A stretch of DNA of 64,000 nucleotides, taken from the NCBI GenBank assembly GCA_964291405.2, contig OZ219926.1, forward strand, positions 2,944,001 through 3,008,000, given 5' to 3'. Numbering within the stretch: the first letter of the stretch is position 1; each line of letters starts with the position of its first letter. A program made the position numbers and the translations under genes. The DNA comes from Thermodesulfobacteriota bacterium. Its GTDB lineage: Bacteria; Desulfobacterota; Binatia; Bin18. The notes beneath the pieces were generated by a model. That model was not told the DNA's origin. It searched no databases and saw only the letters and a program-made list of their open reading frames with translations. This document shows positions 10,588 through 20,663 of the stretch, one piece after another.

Positions 10588-11210
10588 GACACCTCTCCCT
10601 CTCCACTCTCCTTTCGGTATCGAGGTCCGGGTCATATACAACCGCGATTGAATAGATTGATGAGGCCGTAATAAACAAGTCTTGGTAAGCGAGAGACACA
10701 GTTGCCGGTATTCTCATCATAAATGAGATCATATCTCTCTTGTTAGGTGGCGCGGCAGTATCTGCTAGTGCATGCTTCGCCGTTACGAAGCGAAACGATA
10801 ACCCAGTGGTCAGGAATATGTCTCCTCAGGAACGTATCCCATGCAAAGGGATGTGGAGAATTCCCGGACCATTCCGCTAGGTATCCGAGACAGGACGGAA
10901 TAATGAGACCAATAATCGTGGCTCCTATGAGATGTCCTAAAAACGGGAGAAGAAGGACAGAATCAACGGTGGATGGATCAACCTTCTTGAGCAATTCCGG
11001 GAAAATATATGTGGGCTGTGGTAAGCACAGCGGCGTTGCAATTAGCCAATATAAGACAAGGCCCCCGACACTAAAGCTTATAATACGAAGGACACTTCTC
11101 CACTCTTTCTCTGTAGGATTAACACCGATCCTGAGATAAAATATGTAGTCAGCGACAATACCAGGTACTAAAGCGAAGATAATGACGAATATGCTATCGA
11201 GGGTTGGCAT
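10580..11210 (-). pseudogene. DUF6338-like membrane protein, frameshifted
   Basis: Three TM helices followed by AWDTF...WVIVSLRNGEA and a stop at 10743; a protein-like continuation (YQDLFITASSIYSIAVVYDPD) lies in another frame; low GC. Confidence 0.55.
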
Positions 11211-11360
11211 CGTACACCCTTCTGAGTAATCTCACGGGTAAATCTTACAGTACCCAACAGCACCTCCACTGTCTATGGAACAATAGAGCTACAGACCATC
11301 TTCCAGAGGACAATGATATCTTAAATTATCTGGTTGATATTCTCTTCACAGAACCGCTGA

Positions 11361-12104
11361 CTACTCAACAAGGCGGGCGAGTTCCCCTTCCACGTCAGCC
11401 GTATCAAGTACCCAATGGCTCACGAGCGCAGCATCGACCTCTCCGAGCAGTGCCGCAGCTTCCTCGGGCGTGCTCAGTTCGTCCAGTGAGATGATGACTT
11501 TCTGTCGTGGAACCTGAGCGGCCAACGCTGAGACGTGGGCGACGTCGAGTTTCCCGTTTGGAGAAGCCAGACCGATGATGAAACTCTCGGTCGCCAGCGC
11601 CTGACGGAGTTCGTCGGATGTCCGGGCCATGACAACAGGGGACACGTGGATGGAACGGGCGGTGGTCATCAGACGCGCTAAGCTTGGCGCATCGACCGCG
11701 CCGGCCCACAGCAAAATCGCATCCGCCCCGCACAGCCGCGCCTGATGAATCTGACTGTCGTGCAGGACGAGGTCGAGGGCCAACAGCGGAGTGGTGACTC
11801 GCTCCGAAATCGCGCGCATATCGTCGCTCGACGTGCCGAACACGCTCGGTTCGGTATATACGCCAATGGCCCCGACTTCCGTATCGTCGCACGCTTGGGC
11901 GAGCGCCACGAGGTCCAGCTCGGGCCAGGCTTGACCCGTATCCGGGTCCACCCGTTTGAGCGCGGGGATAAGGCCGAGCTCTTGTTTCTGTGTCGTCACA
12001 AACTGCGCAAAATCACGAATGCTCGGTGTGACCTCGCTCAGCGGCGTAGCTGCACGTTGCTGAATATCGGTTTCTTTGGTCGCCCTCAGGGCTGTCCAGT
12101 CCAC
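11361..12104 (-). CDS. Indole-3-glycerol-phosphate synthase (TrpC)-like TIM-barrel protein, catalytic residues replaced
   Basis: AIGVYTEPSVFG and SQIHQARLCGADAILL match the TrpC scaffold; the catalytic motifs are altered. Confidence 0.75.
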   Translation of the reverse strand: MDWTALRATKETDIQQRAATPLSEVTPSIRDFAQFVTTQKQELGLIPALKRVDPDTGQAWPELDLVALAQACDDTEVGAIGVYTEPSVFGTSSDDMRAISERVTTPLLALDLVLHDSQIHQARLCGADAILLWAGAVDAPSLARLMTTARSIHVSPVVMARTSDELRQALATESFIIGLASPNGKLDVAHVSALAAQVPRQKVIISLDELSTPEEAAALLGEVDAALVSHWVLDTADVEGELARLVE

Positions 12105-12138
12105 ACGCGCTCCCTCGGCTTTCTTGACGCCTTCCTGG

Positions 12139-12936
12139 CTAGCTTTCGCGGATGCTCAGCATATTCGGCAGTCCGGTATGTGAGGTCACGCCGCCGTCCA
12201 CGGCGAGTGCCTGACCGGTGATGAAGGAGGCTTCATCGGACGCGAGAAACAGGACGGTATTGGCAATTTCTTCCGACTCTCCCATGCGTCCGAGTGGATG
12301 CGCCTCGCCTTGGAGACGGCGGAATTCGTCGGCCCGGTCGCCCCCCAGGAGTTGCGCCGCGCGCGTGTTAATCGCGCCGGGGCAGACGCAGTTCACCCGG
12401 ATATTATATTGGGCGTTCTCAATCGCCGCCGAGCGGCTGAGGTTGATGACGCCGGCCTTGGCCGCGTTATACGCCGACATGCCATAGTCGCCGCCCAGGC
12501 CGGACACGGACGCCGTGTTGACGATAGCGCCCTTGGCCTGCTCCCGCATAATGGGCAGGCAGTACTTCATGCCCAGAAAGGTCCCGGTCAGCGTGACGGC
12601 AAGCGTCCGATTCCAGCTTTCGAGGGAGGTGTCCTCAAGCCGGGCCAGCTCTCCGAGTCCGGCATTATTGAACATGACATCGAGACGGCCATAGGTATCG
12701 AGCGCGAGCTGAATCGTGGCCTGGATGCCGTCCGGGTCGGCCACATCCATTTTGATCATGGTCGCCTTTCCGCCCGTGTCATTGATCTGTGCCGTGACCG
12801 CCGCCGCCCGTTTCCCGCTCAAATCCGCGACAATGACCGCCGCCCCTTCCTGGGCAAAGCGGACGGCTGACGCCGCCCCGATCCCGGAGCCACCAGCAGT
12901 GACAATCGCCACCTGTCCGTCGAGTTTCCCCGCCAT
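12139..12936 (-). CDS. SDR family oxidoreductase
   Basis: TAGGSGIG, FNNAG, YNAAKAG, NCVCPG. Confidence 0.93.
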   Translation of the reverse strand: MAGKLDGQVAIVTAGGSGIGAASAVRFAQEGAAVIVADLSGKRAAAVTAQINDTGGKATMIKMDVADPDGIQATIQLALDTYGRLDVMFNNAGLGELARLEDTSLESWNRTLAVTLTGTFLGMKYCLPIMREQAKGAIVNTASVSGLGGDYGMSAYNAAKAGVINLSRSAAIENAQYNIRVNCVCPGAINTRAAQLLGGDRADEFRRLQGEAHPLGRMGESEEIANTVLFLASDEASFITGQALAVDGGVTSHTGLPNMLSIRES

Positions 12937-13054
12937 GACCGTTCTCCTCTCGTCTTTTTCTTTTGGATAGCACAGTACGAAAATGAGTAAATGTGTCCTC
13001 CAACAGAGCAGGGGTTGAGTCGTTTCCTCATCCTGGGCGAGGCGCCTCGTCCTT

Positions 13055-14002
13055 TCAGCGCGAGGAGCCTTGGGTCACAATGGGATCGAACGGCAGCTTC
13101 TCTTTGATTTGGCCACTGGTCTCGTAGGCGCTTCGGGCTGAAGAGAAGGGACCAATAAGAACCCGATGCCACTCTTGCTTCATTCTTGCCACCTCGGCAA
13201 TGGCGGGCGCATAGCCTTCCTGGTGCAAGAGCCGGGCCGCCCGTTGCGCCTTATCGTGCGAGCGAAAGGCCGCCACTTGAACCTGGTAGATTTGTGGTCG
13301 TCTTACAGGCCGAGCCGGTCGGGTCACGGCGGAGCCCTGTTTTTGAGAAGCCGTACTCGTGCTTGCACCAGTTTCGGGCAGGTCGGGCACGAGTGCGGCC
13401 AGATTGCGACTCAGGTCGTCGATGGCGCGCACAAATCGAATGTCGGTAAAGGTCCATAAATTTCGAACCATGCTGGCCACCAGGCCCACCGGGGAAAGCG
13501 GGAGTCCCATATCGTGTAAACGCGTCGTATAGGTCTCGTGGAGGAGAACATCACCGCTGGCTACCCCGACGACGCGGAGGGTCCCTATAAGCGCCAGTTG
13601 AGAATAGACACCGACATAGATATTGTCCGGTTTCGATACGAGGCCGTAGACGAGCACGTCACACTTGAGCTGGCGGCCGAGGTCTTGCGGCGTCAGTTTG
13701 TGCCAATTGTCTATGCCGGCCAGGCGTGCGTCTATTTCGTGCAGCTCAACGTCGGTAAAGCGCTTGACGCTCAGATGACCCGCGACACCCTGGCGCACCT
13801 TTTCATCCAGCCCGTCAATATGGCTGGTGTTTTCAAAGGGCAGGACGCACAGCTGTTTTCCGTGAGGAAGAGCCTGCTGGCTCCAGGTCATGAAATTCTG
13901 CGTTGGTGTTGGTGGCTTACGTGACGAGCAGGCCGGCAGTAGGAGACAGAGCATCACCCCACATATCCACATCCCTCTCCACATCCCCAGCTCCTTCCAC
14001 AC
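13055..14002 (-). CDS. Lipoprotein with DUF799/GNA1162-like N-domain and C-terminal SPOR domain
   Basis: Lipobox LLPAC; CVLPFEN; YQVQVAAF...WHRVLIGPF (SPOR). Confidence 0.75.
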   Translation of the reverse strand: MWKELGMWRGMWICGVMLCLLLPACSSRKPPTPTQNFMTWSQQALPHGKQLCVLPFENTSHIDGLDEKVRQGVAGHLSVKRFTDVELHEIDARLAGIDNWHKLTPQDLGRQLKCDVLVYGLVSKPDNIYVGVYSQLALIGTLRVVGVASGDVLLHETYTTRLHDMGLPLSPVGLVASMVRNLWTFTDIRFVRAIDDLSRNLAALVPDLPETGASTSTASQKQGSAVTRPARPVRRPQIYQVQVAAFRSHDKAQRAARLLHQEGYAPAIAEVARMKQEWHRVLIGPFSSARSAYETSGQIKEKLPFDPIVTQGSSR

Positions 14003-14180
14003 TCAGGCCCGATCAAACGGGCTGAGCAACGCTCCCGGCGTTGTCAGTATATTCCGTATAGCAAATTTCCGGGTAAAGGAAAGGCTTGTTGTGTTGCTGG
14101 TGGCCCGAATCCTTGTCGGTTCCCAGGAAAGCCGATACAGTCCGGGTGCGAGGGATCGCCCAGACAAGGAGGGAGAGGGC

Positions 14181-15866
14181 ATGCAGTATGACCTGCTGAT
14201 TAAAAATGGATTGCTGGTCGATGGCTCGGGCCAGCCCGGCTATTACGGAGATGTGGCGGTTGCCCAGGGCCATATTGCGGCCATGGGCAAGGTCGACGGC
14301 CCGGCAACGGAGGTCATTGACGCCACAGGGCTGGTCGTCTCCCCCGGATTTATCGATGTGCATACCCACTACGACGCCCAGCTTTTCTGGGACCCGCTGG
14401 CAACGCCAAGCTCCTGGCACGGTTTCACCAGCGTCTTCATGACTAACTGTGGCTTTGGCCTGGCACCGTGCAAGCCGGAAGACCGCGACTATATCACCCG
14501 TATGCTGGGTAAAGTCGAAGGTATGCCGCTGGGCAGCCTCAAGGCTGGGGTGCCCTGGACGTGGGAATCGTACGGCGAATATCTCGACGCCCTCGACCAC
14601 CAACTGGGGGTGAACGTCATGGCCTTAGCCCCGCACTCAACCATTCGCTACAACGTGATGGGCGATGACGCCCGCAAACGGCCGGCCACCCCAGACGAAG
14701 TTCTGGCCATGCAGGCGGTGGTGAAAGAGTGCGTCACGGCTGGCGCCTTCGGTTTCTCGTCGTCATACGGACCGGTCCATTTTGACGGGGACGGTATCCC
14801 CGTGCCCAGCCGCTTTGCCGAAGAAGACGAAACCGTTGCGCTCGCCGCTACTCTGAAAGATTTTCACCGTGGTACGGTGTGTGTCATTCCGCCGGGTATT
14901 CCAACAGTGGGTCCCAAGGACATGGACTATCTGGCCCGCTTGTCACGGGAGAGCGGACGCCCGGTGCTGTGGAATCTCTTGTCTCAGACCTGGTCCGCCC
15001 CCGACCATTGGAAACAGGTCCTGGACTGGACGGCAGACGCCTTTCGGGAGGGCGCTCGGGTCCATCCCCTGTCTTTGTGCGAACGGTTCGATCTCACTTT
15101 TTCCCTGCGGGGAGCCGTGTTTGAGGACCTGCCGGCCTGGAAGGCCGCCATTCGGGGCCGCCGGCCTGAAAAAATCGCCAACCTCTCGGACCCGGCCCAC
15201 CGGGCCGCCATGCAGCGCGACCTGGACGACCCCTCGCCAAAGGTGTTCTCAAAGCGCATGCAGGACATCCTGGTGGACAGCGTTCGCCAGGACGAGCATC
15301 GGTCCCTGGTGGGCAAAGACCTGGTCACGATTGGCCAGGAGCAGGGCAAAACGCCGCTTGAAGCCATGCTCGACCTGGCGGTTGCCGAAAACCTGGACAC
15401 CCAGTTTCTGATCAAGGGCTTTCAGAATGGTGACGAGGAGGCCGTGCGCAATCTGGCCACCAACCCCTACGTGCTGACAGGCGGCTCGGACGGCGGCGCC
15501 CATATCTCGTTTCTGTGCCAGGTCACCTATCCCAGCTTTCTGTTGAGCCACTGGGTCAGAGAGAAAAAGGTGCTCAGTCTGGAACAGGCGGTCAACCGGC
15601 TGACCTTTACGCCAGCCCAACTCCTTGGCATCCCCAAGCGGGGTCTCCTCAAGCAGGGCATGGCCGCGGACCTGACTATCTTTGATCCCGATACTGTCGA
15701 GGCCAAGCCCAAGGAATTCGTCCAGGACTTTCCGGGTGGAGCCTCACGTCTGGTCGCGCGCTCCGAAGGCTATCGCTATACCGTTGTCAACGGACAGGTC
15801 CTGTTGCGCGACGGCGAGCCGACCGACGCCCGACCCGGCCGCGTGCTGCGAAGCTATGAACACTGA
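14181..15866 (+). CDS. N-acyl-D-amino-acid deacylase family amidohydrolase
   Basis: YDLLIKNG, PGFIDVHTHYDAQ, GSDGGAH, ADLTIFDP; ATG follows an AGGAGG-type RBS. Confidence 0.9.
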   Translation: MQYDLLIKNGLLVDGSGQPGYYGDVAVAQGHIAAMGKVDGPATEVIDATGLVVSPGFIDVHTHYDAQLFWDPLATPSSWHGFTSVFMTNCGFGLAPCKPEDRDYITRMLGKVEGMPLGSLKAGVPWTWESYGEYLDALDHQLGVNVMALAPHSTIRYNVMGDDARKRPATPDEVLAMQAVVKECVTAGAFGFSSSYGPVHFDGDGIPVPSRFAEEDETVALAATLKDFHRGTVCVIPPGIPTVGPKDMDYLARLSRESGRPVLWNLLSQTWSAPDHWKQVLDWTADAFREGARVHPLSLCERFDLTFSLRGAVFEDLPAWKAAIRGRRPEKIANLSDPAHRAAMQRDLDDPSPKVFSKRMQDILVDSVRQDEHRSLVGKDLVTIGQEQGKTPLEAMLDLAVAENLDTQFLIKGFQNGDEEAVRNLATNPYVLTGGSDGGAHISFLCQVTYPSFLLSHWVREKKVLSLEQAVNRLTFTPAQLLGIPKRGLLKQGMAADLTIFDPDTVEAKPKEFVQDFPGGASRLVARSEGYRYTVVNGQVLLRDGEPTDARPGRVLRSYEH

Positions 15867-15868
15867 TT

Positions 15869-15898
15869 CTGGATGCCCGCCTGCGCGGGCATGACGGG
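15869..15898. repeat. REP-like hairpin
   Basis: CTGGATGCCCGC-CT-GCGCGGGCATGAC, same family as 8826-8902. Confidence 0.7.
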
Positions 15899-15900
15899 CC

Positions 15901-16755
15901 ATGCTGAAGCAGACCTTCCGCCACATCCAGGGGATTGGCGAGAAAACGGAGCGGCGGTTATGGAAGGCTGGGGCTACTTGCTGGGAATATCTTCTGGACC
16001 ACCCGACCCTCGGCTCCCTGCCTCCCGGACTCCGGGACGAATCGCGTTTCGAACTTGAACGCTCGTTGACCGCGCTCGAAAAACGAGACGCCCGGTATTT
16101 CATCACCAAACTGCCCCACCAGCTCCATTGGCGCCTGTATCCTGAGTTTTCCGAGCGGGTTGCCTATCTGGACATTGAAACCACCGGCCTCGGCACCGAG
16201 GAATCCATGCTGACCGTTATTGGCCTATATGACGGCGAGCGGTCTCAGGTTTATGTGCACGGCCGGAACCTGGAACAGTTTGTGACGGACATTGACGCTT
16301 TTACCCTCCTGGTGACGTATAACGGCAAGCAATTTGACCTGCCCTTTCTGCGCACCAAACTCGGCATTCCGCTCAACCAGGCCCATATTGACCTGCGCTA
16401 TCCCCTCGCCACGCTGGGGTATAAGGGCGGTCTGAAAAAAATTGAAAAGCGCCTGGGTCTTGAGCGACCGGGTCTGGTCTCCCAGCTCGATGGCTGGTGC
16501 GCGGTCGTCTTGTGGCGCTACTACGAACGGGGCGAGAGCGGAGCGCTGGAAACGCTCCTCCACTACAATCTGGAGGATGTTGTGCATCTTCCGGCCTTAT
16601 TGGCCAAGGTGTATAACACGTCGATTCAACAGCTCCCGTTTCCGGTCGAGCCGGTGACGCTGCCAGACCCACCTCCCATTCCGTTTCAGCCTGACGAATC
16701 CATCATGTTGCGCGTTCTTGCCGACACGGGCCGTTTGCCCGAGGTGGACGCATAA
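15901..16755 (+). CDS. YprB-like RNase H-fold (DEDD) exonuclease
   Basis: HIQGIG (HhH-like), YLDIETTGL, TYNGKQFDLPFL, YNLEDV. Confidence 0.88.
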   Translation: MLKQTFRHIQGIGEKTERRLWKAGATCWEYLLDHPTLGSLPPGLRDESRFELERSLTALEKRDARYFITKLPHQLHWRLYPEFSERVAYLDIETTGLGTEESMLTVIGLYDGERSQVYVHGRNLEQFVTDIDAFTLLVTYNGKQFDLPFLRTKLGIPLNQAHIDLRYPLATLGYKGGLKKIEKRLGLERPGLVSQLDGWCAVVLWRYYERGESGALETLLHYNLEDVVHLPALLAKVYNTSIQQLPFPVEPVTLPDPPPIPFQPDESIMLRVLADTGRLPEVDA

Positions 16756-16761
16756 ACACGG

Positions 16762-17697
16762 CTATCGTGAGGTCTGAGCGTCCGAGGGCGCGATTGGGCC
16801 AACCTCAATCCAGCCCTCGCCGACCAGGACACAGGCTCCACCGATCCAGGTGTCCGTGACAACGCCCTGGCGTTTCTCCGCCCGCGCCTCAAGCAGACTG
16901 GGGCGGCCCAGTTCTACCCCTTGGCGAATGCGCCAGTTGCTCATGCCCTGCGAGTGTGCGTAGTGGCTGAGCAGACCGGCCAGGGCGCAGTTTGCACTGC
17001 CCGTGGCCGGGTCTTCAGGTACACCAAACAGGGGAGCGAATACGCGAGCTCGGATATCCGAGGCGGCATCATCACTCCTAGTGTATGCGTGAACGAGGGG
17101 AGGGAGGTCATCGGCGACCAGTGTCTCCAACTTCTCCCTATTCACCCGTATCCGCCCTAGCCCGGCACGGTCCCGGACCTCAACGAAGAGGAACGGCAGG
17201 CCAACCGAGGCGACTTGCGGCAGATGGGTTCGGGTTACGATATCGTCCGCGGTCAGAGACAGCATCGCCGCCACCGTTCCTACATTGACGGTCTTGCCCA
17301 GCGACAGGCGTTCCGGAGCGGTCAGCTCACACCAGACTGACTGGTCCGGCCGCTTGCGGATCGTGATCGGCACCAGTCCTGCCCGCTCTTCAAACGTCAC
17401 GCTGAGAGCGGCGTCGATCGTGCCCAGGCGGCCCGTCGCCGCCAGAACAAACGCCGTGCCGATATTGGGATGCCCGGCAAAGGGCACCTCCGCCATCGGC
17501 GTGAAGATGCGTACCTTATTCGTATGCCCCGCTTCTTCCGGCGGGAGTACAAAGGTCGTCTCAGAGAAATTAAACTCGCGCGCAACCTGCTGCATGCGCT
17601 CACTCGACAGGCCCGCCGCCTGGGGTAAAACCGCTAACTGATTGCCACCGAAGCGCGTATCCGTAAAAACGTCACACAGGTAATAGCGATACCGCAT
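16762..17697 (-). CDS. PhzF family isomerase/epimerase
   Basis: DVFTDTRFGGNQLAV, NFSETTF, EVPFAGHP, EDPATGSA. Confidence 0.92.
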   Translation of the reverse strand: MRYRYYLCDVFTDTRFGGNQLAVLPQAAGLSSERMQQVAREFNFSETTFVLPPEEAGHTNKVRIFTPMAEVPFAGHPNIGTAFVLAATGRLGTIDAALSVTFEERAGLVPITIRKRPDQSVWCELTAPERLSLGKTVNVGTVAAMLSLTADDIVTRTHLPQVASVGLPFLFVEVRDRAGLGRIRVNREKLETLVADDLPPLVHAYTRSDDAASDIRARVFAPLFGVPEDPATGSANCALAGLLSHYAHSQGMSNWRIRQGVELGRPSLLEARAEKRQGVVTDTWIGGACVLVGEGWIEVGPIAPSDAQTSR

Positions 17698-17894
17698 AGC
17701 TGATCCTGCCCGCCCATCCCTGATAGGCAATCCAAAGCGATCTTTCAAGCGTCAGTCGTACTCCCGGCGTCCCGGACCCAGACAACAGATTGACAAGTTT
17801 CTCAGGAAGTTGACAATACAGTGGAAACCGGCGTCGCCTGTTTTCGCTTAGCGAGTCAAGGCGCCTGCCCGATCCGATATAAAGGAGGAAGAAT

Positions 17895-19337
17895 ATGCCA
17901 ACCCAAAAATTCGCACCCATGACCAAGGATTTCCCGACCTTTGACTGCGATGCGCATGTCACGGAGCCGCCCTGGATTTGGGAGCAGGCCAAGGACTGGC
18001 TGACCAGGGATGAGCTGGAAGCGCTCAAGACCACGATGTGGTTTGACCAGGAGACCAAACAGCTCATCGTCAACGGCCATGCCGGCGCGGGTCTGGGCTC
18101 ACAACGGATCGGTGGCACGCCCGGCGTTGTGAACATCCTCTCCCTGGCCGGACCGGGACTCAAGCATGACATCCAGCGCGCCATTAATGTCCGCAACCTG
18201 CACCCTGAGACGGCGATCTCTCAGGAGCAGGCCGCCTATCTGGACCACAAGGGCTCCTACGAGCCAACGGCCCGCCTGCGTGATATGGACGTGCAGGGCA
18301 TAGACCAGGTGATGATTATCCCGACCGATATCGACACCTATCCCTGGCTGCAAAACGCAGTTGGGGCCAAGGCCATGTGCAAAGCCTATAACGAATGGGC
18401 GCATGGGTATTGCCAAGCCGACCCCGAGCGGATCTTTTTTGCGGCCCTGCTGCCCCTGCAGGATCCGGTGTTTGCCACGGAAGAACTCTACCGGGTGGCG
18501 GACAAAGGCTGCCGGGTTGGCTTGGTTCGTCCGATTGACGCCATGGGCAACTATCCGCTCCAGCCCAAGTATGAGCCGCTGTGGCAGGCTATGGAGGAGA
18601 CCGGCGTGGTCTACGGCATGCACCCCTTCCCGGCCTTTGGCGCGCTGAAACCCCCAGGCTATACGGCCCAGTATTCCGGGGCGGAGTTGATCGCTCGCAC
18701 GGTCACCACCGCGGGCCTGCCCCACCAATTTTTGACCAACGTCCAAAACTTCCAGTCCGAGGCTGCGCTCTGGGTTGTCATGGTGCTCATGTCCGGCTTT
18801 TTTGAGAAATATCCCAAGCTCCGGGCTGCGGTATTTGAGGCCTCTTCGACCTGGCTGAGCTTCCTGCTGGACGAGTGCGACAAGATGTACAAGCTGTATC
18901 GCAACGAGCGCGAGTTGCCGCCGCTCAAGCGGCTGCCGAGCGAAACCTTTTTCAGCCATTGCGTGACCGGCTTTGAGGGCGATGAAGCCCCGCCGTCGCG
19001 CTTGCCGGACTTCTATGGCGATATTCTGGCTTGGTCGTCCGACGTCTACCACCATGATGGCGACGACGCCTGGCGGGCGATTGAAACGATGCGCGCGTGT
19101 AACCTGTCTGAGTCCCATCAGACACGGTTTCTCGGGGAAAACGCCCGCAAGCTGTACAATATAGAAGCCCCGAAGACCTTCATCCGTACACGGGTAACCG
19201 AGATCGAGCGGCCGGACTGGTGGCCGTCCGAGACGGAAATTCAACGCGCCCTGGAGCCCGAAGCCTCGCTGGTGCGTCCCTACGGCGAAGGCGCACACCG
19301 GGTCAACGGTCATGCGGTCGAAGGAGACCGGGCATGA
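17895..19337 (+). CDS. Amidohydrolase_2 family protein
   Basis: FDCDAHVTEP, ARLRDMDVQGID, AYNEW, WSSDVYHHD. Confidence 0.88.
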   Translation: MPTQKFAPMTKDFPTFDCDAHVTEPPWIWEQAKDWLTRDELEALKTTMWFDQETKQLIVNGHAGAGLGSQRIGGTPGVVNILSLAGPGLKHDIQRAINVRNLHPETAISQEQAAYLDHKGSYEPTARLRDMDVQGIDQVMIIPTDIDTYPWLQNAVGAKAMCKAYNEWAHGYCQADPERIFFAALLPLQDPVFATEELYRVADKGCRVGLVRPIDAMGNYPLQPKYEPLWQAMEETGVVYGMHPFPAFGALKPPGYTAQYSGAELIARTVTTAGLPHQFLTNVQNFQSEAALWVVMVLMSGFFEKYPKLRAAVFEASSTWLSFLLDECDKMYKLYRNERELPPLKRLPSETFFSHCVTGFEGDEAPPSRLPDFYGDILAWSSDVYHHDGDDAWRAIETMRACNLSESHQTRFLGENARKLYNIEAPKTFIRTRVTEIERPDWWPSETEIQRALEPEASLVRPYGEGAHRVNGHAVEGDRA

Positions 19338-20623
19338 CCAGGCCGTTTGCCGTTTTTGATAGCGACAGCCACGTCGTCGAGCCGCGGGCGGTCTGGGAGG
19401 AATATCTGGAGCCGGAGTTCCGCACGCTCGGCAAGACGGCCCTGTGGCGCGAGGAAGGCCAGTACGGATCGTATCTCAAGGTCAACGGCAAGATGTTCCG
19501 CGACCCCATGAATCCGAACATCCCGCGTCATGCCATCTGGAAGCCGGGCATGACCTGGGACCAGGTCGGCGACCTCGACCCCAATACCCCGCACGCCAAA
19601 AGCGCCGGCGCGTCAGACCCGCAGGCCCGGCTGGCCGACATGGACGCCATGGGCGTGGACCAGGCATTTCTCTACCCCACCTGGTTTGCCGAGGGCTTTC
19701 ATCTGGTCGAGGATCCGGATGTGGCGGCCGCCCTGGCCCGGGCCTATAACAACTGGCTGGCCGATTTCTGTCAGACGGCCCCAGCGCGGCTCTATGCCGC
19801 GGCCATGCTGCCGCTCCAAAACATGGACTTTGCCCTGGAAGAACTGCGACGGGTGGCCGCGCTGCCGCATTTCCGGGGCGCGTTCATTCGGCCCATGTTT
19901 ATTGAGGGGCATTATTTCACCCATCCGTACTACGATCCGCTCTGGGCCGAGTTGGAGCGCCTGGGCGTGACCGCGGTGGTCCACCCGACACCTGGGCTGT
20001 GGAATCCTGAGTGGACCTCGCACGGCCCGTTTATTGAAAAGATCAAAGATCGGCTGAATCAACAGACCCTGCTAAGCGAGGTCGGCGGGGGGCCCACTGC
20101 TGGTGGTGGCGATGGCCGGTCGAATTTTTCCTTTTTTGCCTCCCCGGCGGTCGGCCATCCGGTCTCTCCGATTCTCTCCGGTTGGCTCGATAACCATATG
20201 TTCGTGGCCTCGACCTTGATCGGCTTTGCGGTGATGCAGCGCTTTCCCGAGCTGAAAGTGGTGGTCGCGCACGGCAAGGCGTCGTGGATGGAAGAGGTGC
20301 TGGAAAAGATGGAGGCCTCGACCAAGACGATTCCGCTCCTCAACTACTATCCGGTGCGGACCGACCCCGAAGAACTGTGGGAAGAGGGCCGGGTGATGCT
20401 CGGCTTTGACGCGGAAGAGCGCATGATCCAGCGGTTACCCCACGCCTTTGCGGAAAAGGTCGTCTGGGGCTCGCGCTATCCCCATCACGATACCACCAGC
20501 GCCTGGGACGCGATCGAGGCCCTGACCCAGGCTGCCGTGGAAGAGCCGCTGATGGCCCGCATGTTGGGCGGCAACGCCGCAGCGCAGTTCGATATTCCGC
20601 TCACGCGGCACGTGAACGGGTAA
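19334..20623 (+). CDS. Amidohydrolase_2 family protein (second paralog)
   Basis: FDSDSHVVEP, ARLADMDAMGVD, AYNNW, WGSRYPHHD; ATGA overlap with the upstream gene. Confidence 0.88.
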   Translation: MTRPFAVFDSDSHVVEPRAVWEEYLEPEFRTLGKTALWREEGQYGSYLKVNGKMFRDPMNPNIPRHAIWKPGMTWDQVGDLDPNTPHAKSAGASDPQARLADMDAMGVDQAFLYPTWFAEGFHLVEDPDVAAALARAYNNWLADFCQTAPARLYAAAMLPLQNMDFALEELRRVAALPHFRGAFIRPMFIEGHYFTHPYYDPLWAELERLGVTAVVHPTPGLWNPEWTSHGPFIEKIKDRLNQQTLLSEVGGGPTAGGGDGRSNFSFFASPAVGHPVSPILSGWLDNHMFVASTLIGFAVMQRFPELKVVVAHGKASWMEEVLEKMEASTKTIPLLNYYPVRTDPEELWEEGRVMLGFDAEERMIQRLPHAFAEKVVWGSRYPHHDTTSAWDAIEALTQAAVEEPLMARMLGGNAAAQFDIPLTRHVNG

Positions 20624-20658
20624 ACGCGCCCTCCAATAGACAGGCGCGTTTGCTCGTT
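20615..20658. repeat. GAGTAAAC-family palindromic element / possible terminator
   Basis: AACGGGTAAACGCGCC-CTCCAATAGACA-GGCGCGTTTGCTCGTT; supplies the TAA stop of the amidohydrolase. Confidence 0.7.
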
Positions 20659-20663
20659 GAAGC

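Noticed and set aside
13890-14180. N-terminal extensions in the ORF track (also at 19220, 25364, 38575, 51988, 56470)
   Set aside because: They overlap neighbouring genes or repeats; downstream starts match the family N-termini, mostly with an RBS
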